Position numbers and translations under genes: made by a program. A stretch of DNA of 64,000 nt from an uncultured Holophagales bacterium (GTDB taxonomy: Bacteria > Acidobacteriota > Thermoanaerobaculia > Multivoradales > UBA5704), in NCBI GenBank assembly GCA_963842525.1, contig CAWJGT010000020.1:64001-128000 (forward strand). Direction: 5' to 3'. Shown piece by piece: positions 9,740 to 30,509 of the stretch (position 1 is its first letter; every line of letters begins with the position of its first letter). The notes beneath the pieces were generated by a model. The model saw only the letters and a program-made list of their open reading frames with translations. It had not been told where the DNA came from and searched no databases.

Positions 9740-9756
9740 CCGCGGCAAGCGGCAAG

Positions 9757-11043
<1,287 letters not shown>

Positions 11044-11080
11044 ACGCCGCACTCCTCCGACCCCCGCTACGGCACATTTT

Positions 11081-11455
11081 TCAGCCCCTTCCCAGCAGGT
11101 GCTCCGCGAATGCCCGGTCGCTGGGCGCCAGGTCGTAGGTGGGTAGCTCCTCGGGGAGGACCCAGGCGAGGGCCGAGTGCTCCAGGGCGATCGGCTCGCC
11201 GGCGATCTCGACGGGGTGGAATTCGACGATGAAGGCCGAGCCGGGGTCCGGCACGGAGAGGAGCAGCTCGCCCATCGCGGTCATCTCGACCCCCAGCTCC
11301 TCGGCCAGCTCGCGACGGGCGGCGTCGAACATCGATTCGCCGGGCAGGAGCTTGCCGCCGGGAAACTCCCAGAGGCCCGCATGCCGCTTGCCCGGCGGGC
11401 GCCGGCAGAGGAGCAGGCGTCCGTTCCTTTCGATCACGGCGGCAACGACCTTCAT
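11081..11455 (-). CDS. NUDIX hydrolase (MutT/NudG-like)
   Basis: Nudix box WEFPGGKLLPGESMFDAARRELAEELG. Confidence 0.9.
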   Translation of the reverse strand: MKVVAAVIERNGRLLLCRRPPGKRHAGLWEFPGGKLLPGESMFDAARRELAEELGVEMTAMGELLLSVPDPGSAFIVEFHPVEIAGEPIALEHSALAWVLPEELPTYDLAPSDRAFAEHLLGRG

Positions 11456-11541
11456 GACATCCTCAAGAATCTTGGCATCCCTCTCGCAAGCACTCTATCG
11501 TTCGCCGTACACCGAGAGGAGCTTGCCGGAGAGGACACGCA

Positions 11542-15611
<4,070 letters not shown>

Positions 15612-15615
<4 letters not shown>

Positions 15616-17544
15616 ACGACATGCGCAACCTGAAGCTCTCTGCCGCGGTGTGTCTCGCCGCCATCCTCGCCGGACCCCCCGCCCAGGCCGGCCAGACCCA
15701 GGCCGGTCAGACCGCCGAGGCGGCCGATCTCAAGAGGCTCAGCATCGAGGAGCTGATGCAGATCGACGTCACCTCGGTCTCCCGGCGCGCCGAGCCTTTC
15801 TCCCGGGTCGCCGCGGCCATCTCGGTGATCACCGGCGAGGAGCATCCGTCGCTCGGGCGCCAACAGCCTCCCTGAAGCCTTGCGCCTGACCAACACCCTG
15901 CAAGTCGCCCGCAGCACCCAGGGGAGCTGGGGGATCAGCGCCCGCGGTTTCAACGCCACCACCGCCGACAAGCTGCTCGTCCTGATCGACGGCCGCAGCG
16001 TCTATACGCCGCTGTTCTCCGGCGTCTTCTGGGACGTGCAGGACGTGCTCCTGGAGGACATCGAAAGGATCGAGGTCATCCGCGGCCCCGGGGCGACTCT
16101 GTGGGGTGCGAACGCGGTCAACGGCGTCATCAACATCATCACCAAACGGGCCGAGGACACCCAGGGAGGGCTGGCGGTCGCCGGCGGCGGCACGGAGGAA
16201 AAGGTGTTCGGCGCGGCCCGCTACGGCGGCACGGTGGGCGACCGTGGCCATTTCCGGGTCTACGGCAAGCACTCCGAGCGCGATGCGCTCGTCTTCGTCA
16301 CCGGCGAGGATGCCCGCGATCCGATGCATCTAAGCCAGGGCGGCTTCCGCACCGACTGGCGGACCTCGGAGGCCGATTCCTTCACCGTGCAGGGAGACGC
16401 CTACACCGGCAAACTCGGCGCGGCAATCCGGGACGACACCGATCTCGACGGCGGCAACCTGCTCGGCCGCTGGAGCCGCCGCTTCTCCGAGCAGTCCGCT
16501 CTGGAGGTACAGGTCTACTGGGACCGCACGCACCGCCGCATCCCGGGCCTGTTCGAGGAGCACCGCGACACCGTGGACCTCGACGTGCAGCAGACCCTCC
16601 GCCCGCGCGAACGGCACGAGGTGATCTGGGGGCTCGGCGTGCGCCGCACGCGCGACCGGGTGGGCAACAGCCCGTCCCTCGCCTTCCTGCCGGCGCGCCG
16701 GGAGCAGGACCTCTTCAGCCTCTTCGCCCAGGACGAGATTGCCCTGCAAGGTGACCGGCTGTACCTGACCCTCGGGACCAAGCTGGAGCACAACGACTCC
16801 ACCGGCCTGGAGGTCCAGCCCAACGTCCGCCTCGCCTGGACGCCGAACGAGCGGCGCACGGTGTGGGGCGCGGTGTCGCGGGCCGTGCGTACCCCGACGC
16901 GCCTCGACGAGGACCTCGTGACCTTCGCGGCCGGCCGGCCGGTCCTCACGGGAAGCCGTGATTTCGAGTCCGAGAAGCTGCTCGCCTATGAGCTCGGCTA
17001 CCGGTCGCACATCAACCCGGAAGTCTCGCTCGACGTGGCGGCCTTCTACAACTTCTACGACGACCTGCGCAGCCAGGAGCCCCAGGTGGGCGGTCCGATC
17101 GTCCTGGCCAACAAGCTGAGCGCCGAGGCCTGGGGCGTCGAGGTTCGAGCGAACTTCCAGCCGCTCCCCTGGTGGCGCTCGTACTTGGGCTACGTCTGGT
17201 TCGACAAGGACCTCCACTTCGATCCGGACAGCCGGGACCCGACCGGGGGCGCGGGGGAGGGCAACGATCCCGCGAACCGGGCGATGGTGCGGACGAGCTT
17301 CAACCTGCGCGGCGGCGTCCAGCTCGACGGATTGCTGCGCTGGGTGGACCGCCTGCCGTCTCCGCCTGTGCCGTCCTACCTGGCCCTGGACCTGCGCGTG
17401 GGCTGGCGTCCCGTGCGTTCGCTGGAGCTCTCTCTGGTGGGCCAGAGCCTGCTGGAGGACAGCCATGCGGAGTTCGGCCCGGCCACCCCCCAGCGCGAAG
17501 AGGTCGAGCGCAGCGTCTACGGGAAGCTGACATGGTCGTTCTGA
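15612..17544 (+). CDS. TonB-dependent receptor (one +1 frameshift near 15843)
   Basis: Signal peptide and LSIEELMQIDVTSVS; removing one base gives ITGE(E/D)IRRSGANSLPEALRL, continuing into LVLIDGR..IERIEVIRGPGATLWGANAVNGVINIITK; C-terminal WSF. Confidence 0.88.
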
Positions 17545-18083
17545 GGGCGCGAGCCCTGGCGCTGCTCGCCGCGCTGCTGTACTTCTCGGGAAGGGCGGCG
17601 GCGCAGCCGGGCGTGTATCAGGAGTACGACGTCAAGGCGGCCTTCCTCTACAATTTTGCGAAGTTCGTCGAGTGGCCGCCCGACGCTCTCGGAAGCCCCG
17701 AGGAGCCGATGGAGATCTGCGTCTTCGGGGACGATCCGTTCGGCGAGAGCCTGGACGCCGTCGTCCGTGGTGAAACCCTGAACGGCCGCCGGCTCGTCGT
17801 CCGCCGGACGCGCAGCCTCGCGGACCTGCGCGACTGCCAGGCCGTCTTCCTCCCGGGCGCGGAGAGAAGCCGGCTCGCCGAGGCCCTCGCCACCCTGCGG
17901 GGCGCCAGCGTCCTTACGGTCGGGGAGGTGGACGGGTTCCTTTCCCAGGGGGGAATGATCCGTTTCGTCCTCGACCAGGGCCGGGTCCGCTTCGAGATCA
18001 ACCAGGAAGCTGCGGAGCGCGGCGGGCTCAAGCTGAGCTCGAAGCTGCTGCGTCTGGCCCGCGCGGTCTACCCCGAACGCTAG
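17532..18083 (+). CDS. YfiR/DUF4154 family periplasmic protein
   Basis: Signal peptide; EYDVKAAFLYNFAKFVEWP; VRFEIN..GLKLSSKLLRLA. Confidence 0.88.
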   Translation: MVVLRARALALLAALLYFSGRAAAQPGVYQEYDVKAAFLYNFAKFVEWPPDALGSPEEPMEICVFGDDPFGESLDAVVRGETLNGRRLVVRRTRSLADLRDCQAVFLPGAERSRLAEALATLRGASVLTVGEVDGFLSQGGMIRFVLDQGRVRFEINQEAAERGGLKLSSKLLRLARAVYPER

Positions 18084-18093
18084 GAGCGCCCTC

Positions 18094-19617
18094 TTGCCCG
18101 ACCTCCTGCTGCGCAACATCCCGATCCGCCGGAAGATCGTCCTGATCATCATGCTGGCGACCGGCGGCGCCCTTCTGCTGGCGGGTGTGGCGCTGATCGC
18201 CTCGGAGCTGCGGCGCTTCCGCCGCGAGATGGAGGACGACCTGAAGACGATGGCGGAGATCATCGCGCACAACAGCACCGCCGCCCTGAGCTTCAGCGAT
18301 CCGGCGGCGGCGGCGGAGACCCTGGCGGTCCTGCGCAAGAAGCCTTCGATCAAGAGCGCGGCCGTCTATGGCCAGGACGGTTACCTGTTCGCCACCTATC
18401 GTCGCGACCAGGGGGGCCGCGAGCCCCCGGCCCGCGCGGGCGCGGACCGCGTGGCCCGCGGCGAGAGCGCGGTCACCCTGTTCCAGCCGATTCTTTTGGA
18501 GGGGCGGAGAATCGGCACCGTCTACCTGGAGAGTGACCTGAGCGAGCTGTATGGCCGGGCCCGCGAGCAGACCCTGACGGTGACGGCGGTCTTCGTGGTC
18601 TCGGGGCTCGCGGCCCTGGTGTTCTCCTCCGGCCTCCAGCGCGTGATCTCGAAACCGATCCTGGAGCTGGCCGGGACCGCCCGCGCCGTCTCCGAGCGCA
18701 AGGACTTCTCGATCCGTGCGCACCGGCAGAGTGGCGACGAGCTGGGCCGGCTGGTCGACGCCTTCAACGAGATGCTGGAGCAGATCCAGGCGCGCGATTC
18801 GGAGCTGCTGCAAGCCAAGGAAGGGCTCGAGCGGCGGGTCGAGGAGCGCACCGTCGCCCTGCGTCACGAGCTCGCCGACCGGCTGCGGGCCGAGCGGGAG
18901 CTGGAGGAGAAGAACGCCGCGCTGGAACGGAGCAACCAGGACCTCGACGACTTCTCCTACATCGCCTCGCACGACCTCAAGGAGCCCCTGCGCGGGATCC
19001 ACAACTTCTCCGCCTTCCTGCTGGAGGACTACGCCGACAAGCTCGACGACGAGGGGCGCTCGCGCCTCGAGACCCTGACCCGCCTCAGCCGGCGCATGGA
19101 GGATTTGATCGACTCGCTCCTCCACTTCTCCCGCCTGGGGCGGGCCGACCTGGCGATCGACGAGGTGGACCTGAACGGCGTGGCAGCCGAGGTGGTCGAC
19201 GCGCTCGGCATCAACCTGCAGGAGAGCCGGGCCGAGGTCCGGATACCCCGGCCGCTGCCTACCGTGCGCTGCGACCGCGTGCGGGTGCGGGAGCTGTACC
19301 ACAACCTGGTCGTCAACGCGATGAAGTACAACGACAAGCCGGAGAAGTGGATCGAGATCGGTTACAGTGACGACGGTGCCGGCAGTCCGCCGACCTTCTA
19401 TGTCCGCGACAACGGCATCGGCATCCAGGAGAAGCACTTCGACTCGATCTTCCGTATCTTCAAAAGGCTGCACGGCCGGGACAAGTTCGGCGGCGGCACC
19501 GGCGCGGGCCTGACGATCGTCAAGAAGATCGTCGAGCGGCACAACGGCCGCATCTGGGTCGACTCGGCCTGGGGCGAAGGCACGACGATCCATTTCACCC
19601 TGGACAAGGAGGCCTGA
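18094..19617 (+). CDS. Membrane sensor histidine kinase (periplasmic sensor, HAMP, HisKA, HATPase)
   Basis: Two TM helices, HAMP DELGRLVDAFNEM, ASHDLKEPLR, DNGIG and GAGL motifs. Confidence 0.92.
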   Translation: MPDLLLRNIPIRRKIVLIIMLATGGALLLAGVALIASELRRFRREMEDDLKTMAEIIAHNSTAALSFSDPAAAAETLAVLRKKPSIKSAAVYGQDGYLFATYRRDQGGREPPARAGADRVARGESAVTLFQPILLEGRRIGTVYLESDLSELYGRAREQTLTVTAVFVVSGLAALVFSSGLQRVISKPILELAGTARAVSERKDFSIRAHRQSGDELGRLVDAFNEMLEQIQARDSELLQAKEGLERRVEERTVALRHELADRLRAERELEEKNAALERSNQDLDDFSYIASHDLKEPLRGIHNFSAFLLEDYADKLDDEGRSRLETLTRLSRRMEDLIDSLLHFSRLGRADLAIDEVDLNGVAAEVVDALGINLQESRAEVRIPRPLPTVRCDRVRVRELYHNLVVNAMKYNDKPEKWIEIGYSDDGAGSPPTFYVRDNGIGIQEKHFDSIFRIFKRLHGRDKFGGGTGAGLTIVKKIVERHNGRIWVDSAWGEGTTIHFTLDKEA

Positions 19618-20064
19618 GTGCGTACGCCGAATCAACCGATCCTGCTCGTCGAGGACAGCCCGGAAGACTTCGAGGCCACGGTGCGGGCCTTCAAGAAGTC
19701 GGGGTTGAAGAACCCCATCGTCCGTTGCGAGGACGGCGACGGAGCCCTCGACTACCTCTACCGGCGCGGCCCCTGGGCCGACCCGGAGGAGTCGCCCCGC
19801 CCGGGGGTGATCCTGCTCGACCTGAACCTCCCCGGCACGGACGGGCGCGAAGTCCTGACCGAGATCAAGAAGCACGACCAGCTCCGCCACATCCCGGTCA
19901 TCGTCCTGACCACCTCCAACGACCAGCGGGATGTGGAAGCCTGCTATCAGGCAGGCGCCAACAGCTACATTCAGAAGCCGGTGGACATGGACGGCTTCCT
20001 CAAGGCCATCGAGCGGCTCAACGGCTACTGGTTCGAGGTCGTGGTCCTGCCCCGAGGGGACTGA
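19618..20064 (+). CDS. Single-domain response regulator (Rcp1-like)
   Basis: ILLVEDS, ILLDLNLP, LTTS and GANSYIQKP motifs. Confidence 0.92.
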   Translation: MRTPNQPILLVEDSPEDFEATVRAFKKSGLKNPIVRCEDGDGALDYLYRRGPWADPEESPRPGVILLDLNLPGTDGREVLTEIKKHDQLRHIPVIVLTTSNDQRDVEACYQAGANSYIQKPVDMDGFLKAIERLNGYWFEVVVLPRGD

Positions 20065-20081
20065 TGGGACCGAGGGGACCG

Positions 20082-21850
<1,769 letters not shown>

Positions 21851-21851
<1 letters not shown>

Positions 21852-21930
21852 AAGACCACAAGGACGGCAAGGACCACAAGGACGCCCTTTTCATTGTCGT
21901 CCTTTGGGTCTTGCTGTCCTTTTCGTCCTT
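21851..21930. repeat. Palindromic element built from 9-bp units (aaggacNNN x4, then inverted gtcctt units)
   Basis: aaagaccac aaggacggc aaggaccac aaggacgcc followed by complementary gtcctt-containing units; starts at the kinase stop codon. Confidence 0.6.
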
Positions 21931-21967
21931 GAGCGGGGCCACCCCGGCGGCGGGGTATATTGCCCCC

Positions 21968-22942
21968 ATGCCCGCCTCACCCCCTGCCCCCATCCTTGCC
22001 ATCGTCGGCGCCACGGCCACTGGCAAGAGCGCCCTGGGGATGTTCCTGGCCGAGGAGCTCGGCGGCGAGATCGTCAGCGCCGACGCGCTCCAGGCCTACC
22101 GGGGGTTCGACATCGGCACGGCCAAACCGGGGCCGGAGGAGCGGGCGCGGGTCCCGCACCACCTGATCGACATCCTGGAGCCGCACGAGCGCTACTCGGC
22201 CGGAGAGTTCGCGCGGCGGGCCCGCGCAGCCATCGCCGGCATCCAGGCCCGCGGCCGGCTGCCGCTCGTGGTGGGGGGGAGCGGCCTCTACCTGCGCGCC
22301 CTCTTCGCGGGGATCAGCCCGACCCCGCCGGGCGATTCAGCGGTGCGGCAAAGGCTCCACGAGCGCCTGGCGGAGGAGGGGCTGGAGGCGCTGACCCGCG
22401 AGCTGGAAAGGGTCGATCCGGCCACCGCGGAGCGGCTCGCGACGGGAGACACCCAGCGCGTCCTGCGCGCTCTGGAGGTGGCCGAAGTGAGCGGAGAGCC
22501 GCTCTCCGCCTGGATTTCGCGCCAACCCTTTGGGATTCAGCGGATTGCGGCAGACCATGTCGGATTGACGCTTCCGCGGAGCATCCTATACGATCGAATC
22601 GCGAGCCGCGTGGCTCGGATGATGGACGCAGGCTGGCTTGGCGAGGTCGCCCGGCTGCGGAGCCGGGGCCTCGATCCCGGCCTTCCTGCGTTCCAGGCCA
22701 TTGGGTACAGGCAGCTAGCCCGTTATGTGAAGGAGGAAGAGGAATGGTCCCTCGATCGAGCCATCGCCGAGACGATTCGAGCGACCTGCCGCTTCGCCAA
22801 ACGACAGGAGACCTGGTTTCGGAAGGAATCCGATATCTCCTCTATTGCCTGGTTCTCGGCCCAGGATATGAACCATCTTTTTCCTAGGGTACTAGAACAT
22901 GTCAAATCCAGGGGTCTCGGGAGGTGGAGGGCGTATGGCTAA
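21968..22942 (+). CDS. miaA: tRNA dimethylallyltransferase
   Basis: GATATGKS, DIGTAKP, HHLID, VGGSGLY, QAIGY and AKRQETWF motifs. Confidence 0.95.
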   Translation: MPASPPAPILAIVGATATGKSALGMFLAEELGGEIVSADALQAYRGFDIGTAKPGPEERARVPHHLIDILEPHERYSAGEFARRARAAIAGIQARGRLPLVVGGSGLYLRALFAGISPTPPGDSAVRQRLHERLAEEGLEALTRELERVDPATAERLATGDTQRVLRALEVAEVSGEPLSAWISRQPFGIQRIAADHVGLTLPRSILYDRIASRVARMMDAGWLGEVARLRSRGLDPGLPAFQAIGYRQLARYVKEEEEWSLDRAIAETIRATCRFAKRQETWFRKESDISSIAWFSAQDMNHLFPRVLEHVKSRGLGRWRAYG

Positions 22943-23153
22943 GCACAACATCAACATTCAAGACGGCTATCTGTTCCAGAGCCTGAAGGAGGGGCAGACG
23001 ATGTACCTGGAGCTGGTGACCGGGAAACCGCTCCTGGGGCGTCTGAAGCGCTTCGATCGCTTCGCCGTGGTGATCGAGAGCGAAGGGAAAGAGATCCTGA
23101 TCTACAAGCATGCGATCGCGACCATTGCCGCAGCGCCTCATCCTGCGGCGTAG
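22935..23153 (+). CDS. hfq: RNA chaperone Hfq
   Basis: NIQDGYL, G.L..FDRF and IYKHAI motifs; miaA-hfq synteny. Confidence 0.9.
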   Translation: MAKHNINIQDGYLFQSLKEGQTMYLELVTGKPLLGRLKRFDRFAVVIESEGKEILIYKHAIATIAAAPHPAA

Positions 23154-24492
23154 CGCGACAGCCGCCGTCCTCCTGGCCCTTCTGGAGGTCTGGCTCGGGG
23201 CCTGTATACCCCGGCCCGCGTCGGCACCGCCCACCCGACAGCCCGAAAAGCCGCCGGAGCTGGCGCTTGCGCGCCAGGAGAGGGCCTATCTCCTCGACCC
23301 CCTGGAGGGCTATCCCCAGGAGGTCGATCCGGTCCGCCGCGAGCGCCTCGAGCGGGCCACCCGCGCCTTGCTCACGGGCGACCTCGAGGCCGTCCGGGAG
23401 ACCGCGGCCGAGCTCCTGGACGTGGACCCCGGCTTTGCCCCGGCCCACGTCCTGGCGGCGCAGGCCGACTTCGCCGAGGGCCGCCATCGCGGAGTAGTGA
23501 GCCGTCTGCTGCCGGTCGGCGACCAGACGCCGGGCTATGTCGCGAGCCAGCTCCTTTTCGGCCGCGCGGCCGAAAAGGAGGGGGACCTCCCCCTCGCCTA
23601 TGCCGCCTATCGCGCCATCGCCACCCGCAACCAGCTCGCCTTCCAACGGCTGGGCGAGCTCCACCCGCGTACCATCGAGATCCTCGCCAACCGGCTGAAC
23701 GAGGCGCTGCGTACCGGGCACACCGAGGAGGCGGACAAGCACCTCGCCCTGCTGCGGAGCTGGGGGCCCTCGGAGACCGCGACCCTGGAGGGCGCGCGTG
23801 CCGTGGCCGTGGCGCGCGCCGACCCGAAAGCCGAGCTGGCGGCCGTCAAGGAGCTCTCGCGCCGCAAGCCGGGCGACCGGCCGCTGCTGGAACGGCGGGC
23901 GGACCTCGAGCTGACGGTGGGCGACCCCGGCGCCGGGCTGGAGATCATCCAGGGCCTCGCGGCACAGCACCCCAGGGACCCGGCGCTGGCCGAAAAGCTG
24001 GACGCCGCCAAATTCCTCTGGCGCCTCTCGCTGCTGCCGAAGGCGGTCCAGGAGGTGGCGGCGAAGCCCGCGCTCAACCGGGCGGGCTTCGCCGTGCTGC
24101 TCTACTGGCTGGTGCCGAGCGTGCGCTACGCGCGCCCGAACGCCGGCCGGATCGCGACCGACGTGCTCGACCATCCGCAACAGGAGGAGATCGTCCGGGT
24201 GCTCAACCTCGGGCTGATGGACGTGGACTCGACCCTGCACCGCTTCTCCCCCTCGGCAACGATCCGCCGGGGCACCGCGCTGCGCAGCCTCGTCCGCCTG
24301 CTCTCCGGCTCCGGGCAGGCCATCCCCTGCCTGGGCGGGGCCAGGCCCTCGTCGCAAAGCGGTGTCTGTACGACTGCTGCGGCCTGCGGTCTGGTCCCGC
24401 AGGGAGAGGACTGCGACACCGGGACGGCCCTGTCGGGCTTCGAGGCGGTGGAGCTCATCCGGCGCACACAGAAGCTCCTGGGCGGCTCGTGA
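23110..24492 (+). CDS. Putative TPR-containing lipoprotein (start uncertain)
   Basis: LGAC lipobox-like segment, helical TPR-like repeats and a Cys-rich C-terminus; coding-like codon usage. Confidence 0.6.
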   Translation: MRSRPLPQRLILRRSATAAVLLALLEVWLGACIPRPASAPPTRQPEKPPELALARQERAYLLDPLEGYPQEVDPVRRERLERATRALLTGDLEAVRETAAELLDVDPGFAPAHVLAAQADFAEGRHRGVVSRLLPVGDQTPGYVASQLLFGRAAEKEGDLPLAYAAYRAIATRNQLAFQRLGELHPRTIEILANRLNEALRTGHTEEADKHLALLRSWGPSETATLEGARAVAVARADPKAELAAVKELSRRKPGDRPLLERRADLELTVGDPGAGLEIIQGLAAQHPRDPALAEKLDAAKFLWRLSLLPKAVQEVAAKPALNRAGFAVLLYWLVPSVRYARPNAGRIATDVLDHPQQEEIVRVLNLGLMDVDSTLHRFSPSATIRRGTALRSLVRLLSGSGQAIPCLGGARPSSQSGVCTTAAACGLVPQGEDCDTGTALSGFEAVELIRRTQKLLGGS

Positions 24493-25043
24493 CCTTCACC
24501 ATCCCGAACCTCCTCTCGCTGCTGCGCATGGGGCTGGTGCCCCTGTTCATCATCGCCGTCCTCGACGGCGAGCTGCGCAAGGCCTTCCTGGTCTTCCTGG
24601 TGGCCGGGATCACCGACGCGCTGGACGGCTTCATCGCCCGCTTCGCCAACCAGCAGTCGCTGCTCGGCGCCTACCTCGACCCGATCGCCGACAAGATGCT
24701 GCTGACCTCGGCCTATGTGACCCTGGCGATCCCGAGCCTGAACCACGGCGCGCCCATCCCGATCTGGATCACGGTCCTGGTGATCGCCCGCGACGTGCTG
24801 ATCCTGGTGATGGCGCTGGTCTTCTACCTGGCGGCCGGAGTGCGGAAGTTCCCGCCCTCGATCCTGAGCAAGATCACGACGGCGGTCCAGGTGATCGCGG
24901 TCGTGCTGGTCCTGACCTCGGCCTTCTGGCCCGGCCTTGAGCCGGTGGCCACCTGGCTCCTCTTCCTGGTGGCCCTGCTCACCGTCGCCTCGGGCCTCGC
25001 CTACGTCGTCCGCGCCCCCAGGCTGCTCGCAGGAAACGCCTAG
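24489..25043 (+). CDS. CDP-alcohol phosphatidyltransferase (PgsA-like)
   Basis: TIPNLLSLLR and TDALDGFIAR..LGAYLDPIADK signature. Confidence 0.92.
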   Translation: MTFTIPNLLSLLRMGLVPLFIIAVLDGELRKAFLVFLVAGITDALDGFIARFANQQSLLGAYLDPIADKMLLTSAYVTLAIPSLNHGAPIPIWITVLVIARDVLILVMALVFYLAAGVRKFPPSILSKITTAVQVIAVVLVLTSAFWPGLEPVATWLLFLVALLTVASGLAYVVRAPRLLAGNA

Positions 25044-25100
25044 CGGCTCAGCAGCGGGTCGTGCCGAAGGCGCGGAGCGGGTGCAGCATAGAATCTCCGC

Positions 25101-25406
25101 ATGCCCTGCTCCGGCTGCCGCCTCGTTCTTGCCATCCTCCTCGTCGTCTCGATTCTTCTGCCGCAGACACCTTCCGTCGCGGCCGGTGGAGAGGCCTCGC
25201 TCCTCCTGACCGGCGCACGGGTGTGGACGGGCGATCCGGCGCGGCCCTGGGCCGAGGCCGTTGCGGTCGGCGGCGAGCGGATCCTCGCGGTCGGCACTGG
25301 GGCGGAGGTGGCTGCCTACCGCGGGCCGGCCACCCGGGTGATCGACCTTCAAGGCCGCTTCGGCGGCTTGTTTAGATGTGGCTCGAGGATCTCTGCCACG
25401 ATCTGA
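25101..25406 (+). pseudogene. Truncated amidohydrolase (YtcJ/amidohydro_3-like N-terminus only)
   Basis: Signal peptide plus LLLTGARVWTGD..AEAVAV.GERILAVG..TRVIDLQGR; breaks off before the expected PGxxDxHxH motif. Confidence 0.75.
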
Positions 25407-25653
25407 GTGACCGCAGCGTAGTGAGGATCGGTTGTCAGCAAGACCGAGCCACACTGCATGGCGCCTGCGGCGATCCAGATATCATTTCGTCGGAATTGGA
25501 GAGCCAACTCGACGCAAGGAGTCGGAGAATGAATGCGTAGCGCTCCGCCGTCTCCTCGTCCGACTGCGAGGCTTCCCGGATTCGATGCCGAATTTGCGGA
25601 TGGCCCCTTTTGAAGGCGGAGTAGGCGGAGGTGTCGAGGAAGATCCCGCTCAC
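25349..25653 (-). pseudogene. Degenerate VapC/PIN toxin (internal deletion plus frameshift)
   Basis: IFLDTSAYSAF in one frame and NDIWIAA..LLTTDPHY in another; the middle of the PIN fold is missing. Confidence 0.75.
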
Positions 25654-25904
25654 TCCCAGAGCTCCGGATCGACCCTGCGCTGCTCGGCCAGAGCGCCCTC
25701 GAAGGCCGCCGCTTCCTCATCAGACCAGGTGCCCGCGAGGTGATCGAGGTCGTGGTGAAGCTCGCGGCTAACGGCCCGCTGTCCCGTGGCTTCCTCCAAC
25801 ATGCGGATGACCGTCCTGTTGAGACTGAGGCCGTATGTACCCGCGCGCCTGCGGATAGTGTCCTGGAGCTTCGGGGGGATGTTGCGCAGAGTGATGGCTG
25901 TCAT
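25650..25904 (-). CDS. Ribbon-helix-helix antitoxin (FitA-like)
   Basis: ITLRNIP..IRRRA..GLSLN; directly upstream of and overlapping the PIN gene. Confidence 0.75.
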   Translation of the reverse strand: MTAITLRNIPPKLQDTIRRRAGTYGLSLNRTVIRMLEEATGQRAVSRELHHDLDHLAGTWSDEEAAAFEGALAEQRRVDPELWE

Positions 25905-26036
25905 CACAGGGCTCCTTCCGGTTTCAGGCGGCTGCATCACTCCGTGCAGCATGATGCATCATACCATGGCGTCCTGGTGAATCATGAGGCCGGGGGGGTG
26001 AGCTTCGGTCTCGTCTTCTGATAACATGCCCCTTGG

Positions 26037-29540
<3,504 letters not shown>

Positions 29541-29644
29541 ACCGTCGTGCAGGAGGAGGATCGAAGGCTCGTCTGGTCCTTGCCTTGTACCGGCGATGCG
29601 CAATAGAATTCTCATCTAGGAACGACTCCGAAAGGGAGCACGCC

Positions 29645-30409
29645 ATGAGCCAGCCAGCCGTCGCGGCACTCGCGCCTCTACCCTTCGAGCTCGTCTACAG
29701 CGACGGGGAACCCTTGGAATCCGAGTGGCATGTTCACCAGTTGCCCCTCCTCTGGGAGGTGATCCGCCAGGCCATGGTGGAACAGGGACGAACCGACTTC
29801 TACATCGGCACCAACATGTTCGTCTACTACTCCCTGGAGCAGGCGCGCGAGGTGGCGCGCGAGGTGGAGGAGAACCTGGAGCCCCGAGCCTTCCGCGGCC
29901 CGGACGTATTCTGGGCGGGCGGCGTTTCCGGGCACATGCGCAAGCTCTGGGCGGCATGGGAGGAAGGCGGGCGCTTGCCCGATGTGATCATCGAGCTGCT
30001 GTCGCCGTCCACCGCGAGGAAAGACCGCACCGAGAAGAAGGATCTCTACGCCCGGGTCTTCCGGACGAAGGAGTACTTCATGGCGGACCCGGAGGCCCGG
30101 AAGCTGGAAGGGTTCGATCTGGCGGGCCGGGCCTATCGGGCGAAGATGCCTGCTGGGCAGGGATGGCTCTGGTGTGAGCAACTCGGGGCCTTCCTCGGAT
30201 TCTGGCACGGTGTCTGGATGGGCGGCGAGGCCGACTGGGTCCGGCTGTTTCGTCCCGACGGCAGCCTGCTGCCGACAGAGGCCGAAGAGGAGCGGCAGAA
30301 GGCCGAAGCGGAGCGGCAGCGGGCCGATTCGGCGGATCAGCGTGCCGAGGCGGCGGAGGCAGAGCTCGCACGCCTGCGCGTTCTTCGAGCAGAGCGCGGC
30401 CGGGGATGA
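29645..30409 (+). CDS. Uma2 family endonuclease with C-terminal coiled coil
   Basis: SDGEPLESEWH, GPDVF and PDVIIELLSPST..D..EK motifs. Confidence 0.88.
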   Translation: MSQPAVAALAPLPFELVYSDGEPLESEWHVHQLPLLWEVIRQAMVEQGRTDFYIGTNMFVYYSLEQAREVAREVEENLEPRAFRGPDVFWAGGVSGHMRKLWAAWEEGGRLPDVIIELLSPSTARKDRTEKKDLYARVFRTKEYFMADPEARKLEGFDLAGRAYRAKMPAGQGWLWCEQLGAFLGFWHGVWMGGEADWVRLFRPDGSLLPTEAEEERQKAEAERQRADSADQRAEAAEAELARLRVLRAERGRG

Positions 30410-30509
30410 TCTAGCTCAATCCCATGTTTGCGATCGTAGAGGCGAGTCGACGTCCTCCACCGCATGAGGCAGCGGCTCGAGAGGCACCTGAAAGGGCGGA
30501 ACTGTGTCT

